NCBI RefSeq assembly: GCF_963921235.1
Contig: NC_086109.1
Span: forward strand, 1,984,001-2,048,000
Length of the DNA stretch: 64,000 nucleotides
Direction: 5' to 3'
From: Mobula hypostoma
Lineage: Eukaryota
In this document: positions 51,238 through 62,139 of the stretch, piece after piece
Position numbering within the stretch: position 1 is the stretch's first letter
Layout: each line of letters begins with the position of its first letter
The notes under the pieces: generated by a model
Database searches by the model: none
Seen by the model: the letters and a program-made list of their open reading frames with translations, nothing else
What the model was told of the DNA's origin: nothing
Position numbers and translations under genes: made by a program

Positions 51238-52138
51238 CTGAGGAGACAAGAGGAGGCAGTCAGCAGGTGAGCTTAGAGACTGGAGCAGGAATCAGAGTGA
51301 GGTGGGTTCTGAATGAGGGCACAGTTTCAAAATAAGGGACCACCACTTCAGACAGAGATGATCCCCTCGCCAAAGGTCTGGAATCAATGCAATTTTCTCC
51401 CAAAAAGAGCTGTGGAGGCTGAGTCCCTGTGTTCAGGACTGAGACAGAGTTTTGATGTGGAAAGGAGTTGGGGAAGGCGTGGGAACAGGCAGGAAAGCAG
51501 AGCTAAGATCAAGATCAGCCCAACCCTGATCTCAGTGAGCAGGAAGCAGGGTTGTGAGCCTTTAAGGCCTCTAACTGTTCTTTGGATAGAAATGTAGACG
51601 GGAAGGTTAGCATGTTTGTAGATGAGATAAAGATTGGTGGTGTTGTGCATTGTAGAGAGAAGTGCCAATAGGTGCAATTGGATATGGCTCAGATGCAGAC
51701 AATAGCAGGGAAATGTGGCTGCATATTGATAGGGTGGTAAAATAAGGTACTGGCTTAGTTGAGGCAATGAGTTCATAAGTTAGGAAGTTATACTGTATCC
51801 TTAAAATCCCCAGTTTGGAGATCTGAAGTATTGCTTTCTGTTCCAGTCATTTCATTATATGAAGAATGTGAAGGCTTTGGAGAGGGAGCAGACATTTCTT
51901 TTTGGGAGAAAATTGCATTGATTCCAGACCTTTGGCGAGGGGATCATCTCTGTCTGAAATGGTGGTCTCTTATTTTGAAACTGTGCCCTCATTCAGAACC
52001 CACCTCACTCTGATTCCTGCTCCAGTCTCTAAGCTCACCTACTGACTGCCCCCTCTTGTCTCGTCAGACTGGATGGGGACTGTGAAAGGAGCTTCGGGAC
52101 AGACAGTCTCCTAACGTGCTGGGATCACACCTTGGCGG
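51167..52138. repeat. 241-bp inverted repeat (51167-51407 / 51898-52138)
   Basis: Arms are reverse complements with about 10 mismatches counted by eye; they cover the V-A acceptor and first 71 exon bases. Confidence 0.9.
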
Positions 52139-52899
52139 TGAGTGCCTAGATTAAAGAGCACGTGCTATAAGGAATTTCTGGACAAACTTGGAATGTTTCC
52201 TCTGAGTGTCAGAGGTTAAAGATAGACCTGACATAAGTTTATAAATTTTGAAGGACACAGACAAAGTAGTTAGCCTGTATTTTTCTCCAGGGTCAAAAAT
52301 GTTGGACAAACTTAGGTTATTTCCTCTGGAGTGGCAGAAGCTAAGGGAAGATCTGATAGAGGTTTATCAGATTATGCGAGGCATAGATAGAGTAGACAGA
52401 CAGGGTTGGAATGTTTAATAGCAGAATACATGCATTTAAGATGACAGGGGCTAAGTTGGAAGGAGATGTGAAGCAAGTATTTTTACACAGAGGGTGGGTG
52501 GTGGGTGCCTGGAACATGCTGCCCGTGATGGTGGTAGTGGAGGCGTTTAGATAGGCACACAAACATGCTGGAAATGGAAGCGTATGGACAATGTGTAAGC
52601 ACAAGGGATTAGTTTAGTTGGGCATTTGATTACTAATTTAGTTAGTTAGGCATAACATTATGGGACAAAGGGCCTGTCCCTGCGCTGTATGTTTGATGTT
52701 CTAAAATGTCTTGGACGACAAGGCAACAAGGTAACTGAAGGCCAGGAGCAACTGGTTGAGGGTGGTGGGCATGATGAATGAACAAGGGCTGTGGATGAGA
52801 GCTTGGTTTAAAATAGGCTGCAAGTGAAGAATTGGGAACCAGTGTCAGGTGATTCCTGTTAGCTGGGTGGAGACAGGAAGGTGATGCCTGCTGCCTCTC

Positions 52900-53105
52900 A
52901 CACACACCCATTACTGTCAGTTTCCTTCCGAAACCTCTCACACACGCCCATTACCGTCAGTTCCCTTCCGAAACCTCTCACACACGCCCATTACCATCAG
53001 TTCCCTTCCGAAACCTCTCACACACACCCATTAACATCAGTCCCCTTCCGAAACCTCTCACACACAACCATTAACATCAGTCCCCTTTCTAATCACCTCT
53101 CACAC
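52900..53105. repeat. About 39-bp minisatellite, second array
   Basis: cacacgcccattaccgtcagttcccttccgaaacctctca units. Confidence 0.8.
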
Positions 53106-53234
53106 CCCAAATTCTGGTCTCCATATCCCTGGATTGGACCTCACTGGGAGCACCATGCACAGTTCTGGTCTCCGCAACAATAAGAGCACCAAGCACGTTT
53201 TCATAAGGGGTGCAGACGAAGCTATTGGGACCAG

Positions 53235-53323
53235 AACCACCTTAGAAACATCCAGTCTGGCTGAGATCCCACCAGGCAAAGAGACCATATGTCCCTAAAC
53301 TCCTTTCGCAGTCTCCACCCAGT
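53235..53323 (-). pseudogene. Truncated V exon B
   Basis: Intact acceptor, then DWVETAKGV*GHMVSLPGGISARLDVSKVV fused to a CR1 fragment. Confidence 0.75.
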
Positions 53324-54156
53324 CTGTGGAGACAAGAGGAGGCAGTCAGCAGGTGAGCTCAGTGACTGGAGGAATCAAGAGTGAGGTGGGTTCTGGGAAG
53401 GTGTTCATCTTTGTGTGCAGTGTAGAACAAGGCACAGTTTCAGAATAAAGCACCATTTCAGACAGAGATGAGGAATGATGTCTCCTCTCCAAGGGTCAGG
53501 AATCTCCCCATTTTTTTCCCCCAGAGAGCAGTGGAGTCACTGTATTCAAGGCTGAGAGAGATCTGATCAGGAGGAGTCGCTTAGGGCGTGGGAACAAGCT
53601 GGAAAGTGGAGCCCAGTTCAAGGTCAAACCAGCCCTGATCTCAGTGAATGGATTTTAGGATTCAGGAGCCGAAGGACAGAAATGTAGATCGGAGGGTTAG
53701 CACATTTGTAGATGAGATAAAGATTGGTGGTGTTGTGGATGGTGCAGGGGAGTGCCAATATGTGCAACTGGACATGGATCAGATGCAGACATGGGTGGGG
53801 AAACGTGGCTGCATGTTGATCAGGGGGGTAAAGAAGGGACTTTACATGCTTGCCCTGATCAGTCGAGGCACTGAGTTCAAAAGTCAGGAACTTATGCTAC
53901 ATCTTTTAAATTCTGGTTTGGCCACATCCAAGGTATTGCATTCACTTCCAGCCACCCAATTAAAGGAAGGATGGAAGGATGGGGAGGCTTTGGAGAGGGT
54001 ACAGACATTTACCATGATACTACGTAGATTATAGGGCAGGTGCTGGAAGAAAAACAATTGGACAGATTTGGGTTGTTTCCTCTGAGTGTCTGAGGTTGAG
54101 GATAGACCTGATACAAGTTTATAACATTTTTAAGAACACAGATAAAGTAGAAGCTA

Positions 54157-54497
54157 CACACATAAAAGTTGCTGGTGAACGCAGCAGGCCAGGCATCATC
54201 TCTAGGAAGAGGTGCAGTCGACGATTCAGGCCGAGACCCTTCGTCAGGACTAACTGAAGGAAGAGTGAGTAAGGGATTTGAAAGTTGGAGGGGGATCAAT
54301 TTTGGATCTCCCCCTCCCCCTCCAACTTTCAAATCCCTTACTCACTCTTCCTTCAGTTAGTCCTGACGAAGGGTCTCGGCCTGAATCGTCGACTGCACCT
54401 CTTCCTGGAGATGCTGCCTGGCCTGCTGCGTTCACCAGCAACTTTTATGTGTGTTGCTTGAATTTCCAGCATCTGCAGAATTCCTGTTGTTTGCGTT
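54157..54497. mobile_element. Palindromic Penelope-like insertion
   Basis: About 139-bp inverted arms (54156-54294 / 54316-54454) and a 14-bp TSD TAAAGTAGAAGCTA at 54143-54156 and 54498-54511. Confidence 0.85.
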
Positions 54498-54555
54498 TAA
54501 AGTAGAAGCTAATCACTTCCAACTGGTACTGTAAAGCCAGGATTTTTCCGCCCAA

Positions 54556-54830
54556 GGGTTGTACTATAGCGTAGTGGTTAGCACAACGCTTTACAGTACC
54601 AGTGAACCAGGTTGAATTCCCGCTGCCCATAAGGAGTTTGTACATTCTCCCCGTGTCCACGTGGGATTCCTCTGTGTGCTGTGGTTTCCTCCCACAGTCC
54701 AAACACGTACCGATTGGATGGTTAATCGGTCATTATAAATTGTCCTGTGATTAGGTTTGGGTTAAATTGGGGTATTCCTGGGCTGCACGGCTCAAATGGT
54801 TGCAAGGGCCTGTTCCCTGCTCTATCTTGA
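54556..54830 (+). mobile_element. tRNA-derived SINE (HE1/V-SINE-like)
   Basis: A box TAGCGTAGTGG, B box GGTTGAATTCC, core ttctccccgtg...gtttcctcccacagtccaaa. Confidence 0.75.
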
Positions 54831-55625
54831 TAAAATGTTTAAAAAATCAAATAAAAAGTGTCTAATACCAGAGATGGTGCACCTACAGTGACAGGGGTAA
54901 ATTCAAAGGAGATGTGCAGGGCAAGTTTTTCTTCACACAGAGTGGGGGTGGGAGCCTGAAATGGGCTGCCGGGAGTGGTGGTAGAGGCAAAGGCCAGAGA
55001 GATTTTTGAGAGGCTGTCACATACACACATGAATGTCTAGAGAATAAAGGCATATGGAGCACGAACAGTCAGAAGGGATTAGCTTAACTGGGTTCCATTA
55101 GCAATGAGTTTGGCAGCACGTCATGAGCTGAGGAGCTGTTCCTGTGATGTTCCATTCCTCACGTTCTGACATTCTCCTCCCTCCAATGGGACCCGTTAAA
55201 CCTGGGGTGGAGGAGATTTCTCAGACAGACGTTGCTGAGTGAGATTATTGTGAATGTGATATTACTGTTTGAGTGAGTCAGGAACCATATTGCTGTGTGT
55301 GAGTGTGCTGTTGTGTCCGTGTACTGTGTCACTCACTGGGACATTATATTCAGTGTAATGAACACACAGGGTCTCACTCAGCACAGCACAGCATGAAGGC
55401 TGAGGAATAAACACCTTGCTGAGCTCAGACCTCAGTCTGGGGAATTAACAAGCAGTGCCTCTGAAAATGGGATCCCTGAACATGACAGACCAGGACTTTG
55501 ACCTGGGGATACAGAGGGATCTGTTTAACTGACCCACAGATATAGACTGTTCAGCCCAGTCATCAGCCTCTCCCACCAGATTGGCCTATCTCCCATTCCC
55601 CCTTCCCCATCTGCTCAGCTCCTCC

Positions 55626-56492
55626 GCAGATCGCTTGCGGGCCGAATGTCGGAGACTGCAGCTGTTAGAAGAGCTGTTCAGACCGCCCAATGTCGGGAGG
55701 ACGGGGGCAGTACCAGCCACTATCTGCCAACTCACCGATTTTGGAGTCACGCTGACGGCTGAGATCTCCTGGGGTATGAACCAACGAGAGGTGAATGTTT
55801 TATTTTGGACTCTGGAGCAGCAGAAAATTTCCTGGACTTGGGCATAGCCCATCGGCTCAGCGTACAGCTGCTTGTGTTGAGTCAGCCCATGATCGCAACT
55901 GTCTTGGATGACAGCCGCTTCGTTCCGGGCAGATCCGGCAGATCGGCAGCAGACTTGCAGATGGTCTTGCGGATGAAGATAGCGGATCATGCGGAGGACA
56001 TTAGTTTCTCTATCATTGAGATCTCTAGTTCAGGAGCAAACAATGAGTTGCCCAAGCAGTATGGAACTCTATCGGTTAAGCCAAAGGCCTCCAGTTGCCA
56101 GGTCCCGTCTAAGGGGAAGGCTTCAAAACGGAGACCCTTGGAGCCCAGTCCCAGGAGCGCAAGGACCATTTGTCGCGCCTCGCTGCCGATGTCTGAGGAG
56201 ATGGAAGAGGATTTAGAAGGTGCTTTGGCCGCTATTTTCACTAGAGACTTGTGAACCTATGGGTGAAACCCTGGGGTCTGGCAAATCACCCTCAAAGAGT
56301 CTCAGGAGTCACCTTCGGAGGAAGGTTCGAGGGTAATTGCAGCTCCCAAACTGGCAGAAATCCCTTTGGGCTACAAGGATTTGGCAGAGGTCTTCATTAA
56401 GGGAAAGGCCTCAATTCTTCCACTGCTGCCAGCCTACCACTGTGCTACAGATCTACTGCCTGGTACTTGTCCTTCGCGGGGCCGATTATCTC
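55626..56492 (+). mobile_element. sushi-type Gypsy fragment (protease and PR-RT linker)
   Basis: LDSGAAENF protease motif; YKDLAEVF..KA..LP...YHCATDLLPG. Confidence 0.75.
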
Positions 56493-56597
56493 TCCCCTCC
56501 CCTCCTCCTCCCAGCGCTCACAGCCTCTCCCTCCCTGCTCCCTCAGCCCCTCCTCCCTCTCCATTCCCACTGCCCCTTCCCTCCTCCTCCCTATCAC

Positions 56598-56726
56598 CAT
56601 ATGTATCCCTTCTTGATGCCTTTCCGCAGATTATACGGTGAAGATGTATATACAGCACAAGGCACACAACGATCAGACTGAGTGTCACAACGGCAATTGT
56701 ACAGCCAGTGTGTGACAATACGTAAT
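56598..56726 (-). CDS. TM2 exon of cassette C (129 bp, phase 1-1)
   Basis: DYVLSHTG-CTIAVVTLSLIVVCLVLYI-HLHRIICGKASRRDTY; donor ATATG|gtgata. Confidence 0.6.
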
Positions 56727-56756
56727 CTGTTTCTGGGGGTGTGGGGAGACACCGAC

Positions 56757-56895
56757 CGTCAGATGTACACGTTCCGGAATTCTTTCCCTTGTATTTGTCC
56801 CAGCTTTTGCGAATATAGAATATATAGGAAAGGGAACACACTGAGTATCCCGATGGCAATCATCCAAAGCTTGGGTGATGATTTCTGATCTGGAT
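56757..56895 (-). pseudogene. TM1 exon of cassette C, frameshifted (139 bp)
   Basis: ctcctcctcag acceptor; DPDQKSSPKLWMIAIGILSVFPFLYILYSQK...NVYI*, while the family frame (RKSWDKYKGKNSGTCTSD) lies in another frame; donor gtcggt. Confidence 0.6.
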
Positions 56896-57879
56896 CTGAG
56901 GAGGAGAAACGATTCTGTGATTAATCCCATCCTCATACACCCAGTGACAAGGAATCGATGGATCCACTCCCTCTCACCACAGGCCAGATAAAACTCCCCA
57001 TCATGAAGGGGGAGGGGGATGGAGAGAAAGGATTACAGAATTAATCCCATTCCCACACTCCCAGTTCCAATCATCCTCACATCACTCCCCTTAAATCACT
57101 GCCAACAATGTCACCAACTGTATCTCCACTGATGTTAAACAAGTTCCTTCACACTGTCACTTGGTAACCACACTCCCACAGTGCCCTGTATCGCTGACTG
57201 TATCTCAATTGATGTTAATCCAACTCCCTCACAGCTTCCCACAGAAACCCCTCTCCATCACCCTGTATCCCTGACTCTATCCCCAATTAAAGTTCAAAGT
57301 ACAAAGTACAGTTTATCAAAATGTGCATACATTATAGAACCTCCAGATTCATCTCCTGACAGGCAGCCACGAGACAAAGAAACACAAAAACAAACACACC
57401 GATATGAAAAAAGACCGTCGAATACTCAATGTGCAATAGAAACAATCCATCATGTAAACAGTAACTGCAAGCCAGTCGTGTTTCTGAACTGAGGTCTGCA
57501 AGAGAGTCCCATACTTTAGTGTAGAGCCATGTAAACATTGTGGAGCAGCGATCTTAATCAGCCCGAACCTCACCTCGGTCCCCGTCACCCAGACCTTTCT
57601 GACACCCTGACGTTTCCAATCTGGGTCAGCACGTAACTCTCCACCCCAACATCGGGTTCTGCCGCTTTGAGCAGCGATCTGAGGCAGCCCAAGCCTTGCC
57701 TCGGGCCTCAAGAACCTGACCTTTTCTATCTGGCCCAGTGCTTAAATTTCCATCCGAACAACAGGTTCTGCCTCTTGGATACGCTGGACTTCACCACTTT
57801 GATTCGACCTGTAAATCATCCATCCATAGATCGTCTGCAGTCACATCTGGCGCCTGGACCGGTGGCTTCAATTCGGCCC

Positions 57880-58145
57880 GTAACTCTCTGTCCAATTACC
57901 TTTCACACACACACATTACCGTCAGTCCCCTTTCCAATCACCACTCTCACACACACCCATTACCGTCAGTCCCCTTTCCAATCACCACTCTCACACACAC
58001 CCATTACCGTCAGTCCCCTTTCCAATTACCTCTCACACACACTCATTACCGTCAGTCCCCTTTCCAATTACCTCTCACACACACTCATTACCGTCAGTTC
58101 CCTTTCCAAACCTCTCTCACACACCTATTACCTTCAGTCCCCTTT
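57880..58145. repeat. About 39-bp minisatellite, third array
   Basis: cacacacacccattaccgtcagtcccctttccaatcaccact units. Confidence 0.8.
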
Positions 58146-59024
58146 CTGACTATTTCACACACTCCCAAATCCAAATCCTTGGATTAGACCACACTGGGAG
58201 CACCAGGATCAGTTCTGGGCCCAGTAACACTGAGGGCACCAAACACATTTTGATGAGGGTTTCAGAAGGACCTTCTGGGAGCAGAACCAGCAGAACCTCA
58301 AAATGGTGAGCTGCCAGCTGCTGAAGCTGTAACACAGGGTGACATGTGAGGGATTAGCTTAACTGGGTTCCATTAGCAATGAGTTCTCCTCCCTCCAATG
58401 GAACCCGTTAAACCTGGGGTGGAGGAGATTTCTCAGACAAACGTTGCTGAGTGAGATTATTGTGAATGTTATATTACTGTTAGAGTGAGTCAGGAACCAT
58501 ATTACTGTGTGTGAGTGTACTGTTGTGTCCGTGTACTGTTGTGTCCGTGTACTGTGTCACTCACTGGGACACTATATTCAGTGTAATGAATACACAGGGT
58601 CTCACTCAGCACAGCACAGCATGAAGGCTGAGGAATAAACACCTTGCTGAGCTCAGACCTCAGGCTCGGGAATTAACAAGCAGTGCCTTCTGAAAATGAG
58701 TTCCCTGAACATGACAGACCAGGCCTTTGACCTGGGGATACAGAGGGATCTGTTTAACTGACCCACAGATATAGACTGTTCAGCCCATCCGCCAACCCCT
58801 CCCACACCTTTGGCCTATCTCCCAATCCCCCACACCATCTGCTCATCTCCAAACAACCCTCCCAAACTCTCCACCTCAAACCCCAAGAATGAATGTCTTG
58901 GACATGGACAATCAGTCAGTGGGGTTCAGTAAGGAGTGGAATGGCCAGGATCTGCCGTCTACCATTAATTGGGGGTGTTTCAGGAACTGGTGAAACCCAG
59001 GCCCCTCTGCAGTGTCTCACTCCC

Positions 59025-59327
59025 CATACACTTCCAGTCGCATTTTATTCTGACTCTGTCCTCCTGAACTTGATGTAACAGTCACCTCATAATCACCAGC
59101 ATCCTCTCTCCGTAGATCACGGATTTCCAGACTGAAGTTTCCGGGATGAAAAGTCATCCGTCGCTTATACTCCTCAGGACCAAAGAAGGAAATGTTTCCA
59201 TTTGCATATTCTACTATTGTGGTTCCTTTTGATCTCCACACCACCTGGGAAATGTTCAGCAAAAGTGTGATCTCAGCAGGTAGATAGACCAACCATCCCT
59301 GAGCTCCTTTCACGGTTCCCATCCATT
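59025..59327 (-). CDS. Ig V-set exon C with mutated splice donor (303 bp)
   Basis: Open paralog of V-A (VVWRSKG...FSLEIRDLRREDAGDYEV); the donor reads GGGAGT where V-A has GTGAGT. Confidence 0.75.
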
Positions 59328-60049
59328 CTGAGGAGACAAGAGGAGGCAGTCAGCAAGTGAGTTCAGTGACTGGAGCAGGAATCAGAGTGAGGTGGGTGCT
59401 GGGAGGGTGTTTCCCCCTACTGAGGGATCTAGAACAAGGGCACATTTTCAGAATAAGGGACTATAATTTTAGATGGAGATGAGGAGCGTTTTCCCTTCTC
59501 CAATGGTTGGTATTCTCTGGAGCTTTCTCCCCCAGAGAGCTGTGGAGGCTGAGTCAGTGTATTCAAGGCTGAGATAGAGTTTTGATCTAGAGAGGTGTCG
59601 GGGAGAGGGTGGAAACAGGCAGGAAAGTGGAGCTTAGATCAAGGTCAGACCAACCCTGATTTTAGTGAGAGGGGAGAGGGCTTGAGGGGGGCAAAAGCCT
59701 TCAAACCGTTCCTTGGAGAGAAATACAGATGGGAGGGTTAGGATGATTGTAGATGAGATAAAGATTGTTGGTGTGGATGGTGCAGAGGAGTGCCAATAGA
59801 TGCAATTGGACATGGATCAGATGCAGATGTGGGTGGGGAAACGTGGCTCGATGTTGATTGGGTGGTAAAGAAGGGACTTTACATGTTTGCTCTCATCACT
59901 CGAAGCACTGAGTTCAAATGTCAGGAAGTTATGCTACATCTTTAAAAACTCTGATTCACCCACATCTGGAGTACTGCATTGAATTCCAGCCACCCTGTTA
60001 AAGGAAGAATGTGGAAGCTTTGGAGAGGGAACAGACATTTACCATCTGG

Positions 60050-61195
60050 GTGCATGTTTCCACACGGTAGGCTTATTCAGAAGGTCAGAAGGCATGGGAT
60101 CCAGGGAAGTTTAGCCAGGTGGATTCAGAATTGGCTTGCCTGCTGAAGGCAGAGGGTCATGGTGGAGGGAGTACATTTGGATCGGAGGGTTGTGAGTACT
60201 GGTGTCCCACAAGGATCGGTTCTGGGACCTCTACTTTCTGTGATTTTTATTAACGACCTAGGTGTGGGGGTAGAAGGGTGTGTTGGCAAGTTTTCAGACG
60301 ACGCAAAGGTTGGTGGTGTTGTAGATAGTGTAGAGGATTGTCGAAGATTCCAGAGAGACATTGATAAGATGCAGAAGTGGGCTGCAAAGTGGCAGATGGA
60401 GTTTAACCCGGAGACGTGTGAGGTGGTACACTTTGGAAGGACAAACTCCAAGGCAGAATACAAAGTAAATGGTAGGATACTTGGTAGTCTGGAGGAGCAG
60501 AGGGATCTGGGGATACATGTCCACAGATCCCTGAAAGTTGCCTCAGAGGTGGATAGGGTAGTTAAGAAAGCTTATGGGGTGTTAGCTTTCATAAGTTGAG
60601 GGATAGAGTTTAAGAGTCACGATATAATGATGCAGATCTATAAAACTCTGGTTAGGCCACCTTTGGAGTACTGTGCCCAGTTCTGGTCGCCTCACTATAA
60701 GAAGGATGTGGAAGCATTGGAAAGGGTACAGAGGAGATTTACCAGGATGCTGCCTGGTTTAAAGAGTATGGATTATGATCAGAAATTAAGGAAGCTAGGG
60801 CTTTACTCTTTGGAGAGAAGGAGGATAAGAGGAGACATGATAGAGGTATACAAGATATTAAGAGGAATAGATATAGTGGATAGCCAGTGCCTCTACCCCA
60901 AGGCACCACTGCTCAATACAAGAGGACATGGCTTTAAGGTAAGGGGTGGGAAGTTCAAGGGGGATATTAGAGGAAGGTTTTTTACTCAGAGAGTGGTTGG
61001 TGCGTGGAATGCACTGCCTGAGTCAGTGGTGGAGGCAGATACACTAGTGAAATTTAAGAGGCTACTAGACAGGTATATGGAGGAATTTAAGGTGGGGGGG
61101 GGTTATATGGGAGGCAGGGTTTGAGGGTCAGCACAACATTGTGGGCCGAAGGGCCTGTAATGTGCTGTAATATTCTTTGTTCTATGTTCTATTAC
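60050..61195 (+). mobile_element. 5-prime-truncated CR1 inserted upstream of V-C
   Basis: PQGSVLG, KFSDD, LVRPPLEY, full tail; absent from the paralogous intron near 54010. Confidence 0.88.
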
Positions 61196-61329
61196 AGGGC
61201 ACGTGCTGGAAGAAAAGTTTGGACAGATATGGGTTGTTCCCTCTGAGTTTCGGAGGTTGATAATAGACCTGATACAAGTTTATAACATTTTTAATGATAC
61301 AGAAGTAGACAGAAAGTAATTTTTTCCCA

Positions 61330-61620
61330 GGCGTGGCATGATAGCTTAGTGTTTAACACAACGCTTTACAGTACCAGTGAACCAGATTGAATTCCCGCTG
61401 CTCGTAAGGAGTTTGTACATTCTTCCTGTGACCACGTGGGATTCCTCTGCGTGCTCTGGCTTCCTCCCACAGTCCAAAGACGTACCGATTGGATGGTTAA
61501 TTAGTCATTATAAATTGTCCAGTGATTAGGCTGGGGTTAAATTGGGGTAATGCTGGGCTGCACTGCTCAAAGGCCTTCAAGGGCCTCTTCCTTGTTGTAT
61601 CTTGACAAAATTTTAAAAAT
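61330..61620 (+). mobile_element. tRNA-derived SINE, paralogous to 54556-54830
   Basis: Same head and core at the equivalent intron position. Confidence 0.7.
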
Positions 61621-62139
61621 CATTTAAAAAGTGTCTAATACCAGAGATGGTGCATTTACAGTGACAGGGGTAAATTCAGAGGAGATGTGCGGGGCAAGTT
61701 TTTCTTTACACACAGAGTGATGGGAGCCTGAAATGGGCTGTCGAGAGTGGTGCTACAGGCAAAGGTTTCGAGGGTGTGAACACAATGAGGGAATGCGGGG
61801 AAACACCGTCTACACTGTCCCTTCATCCACTCCCAGTGCACAGGTCATGTACAGAATGAAGCTCGTCCACACTATCCTTCTGCAGAGGTCAACCCTGGCA
61901 CTGGTCCTCTCGGATGACCCTGACAACTGGTTCTTCACAGTGACGTTATTGGATTAAGGTCTACAATTCTTGTTTTTTAATTGCCCTTTTCCTTGTTGAT
62001 TTAGCTTTCTTTTTGAGTTTATGTTTGAATTATCACCTGTTTGCTAACTTTTAGTAAATGCAGTATCGTGGGTTCTCGCTTCCTGTGGGGGGAGAGGAAG
62101 GAGAACTGGCTCGAAGATGGTGGGTGGGGAAAGGTAAAG

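Noticed and set aside
52060-52138. Plus-strand V exon start with AG acceptor and gtgagt donor
   Set aside because: Part of the inverted duplicate, in-frame TAA after 15 codons; not a coding exon.
52642-52870. Minus-strand open frame after a good acceptor (acccag)
   Set aside because: Runs into a CR1 tail, has no counterpart in other cassettes and no leader-like hydrophobicity.
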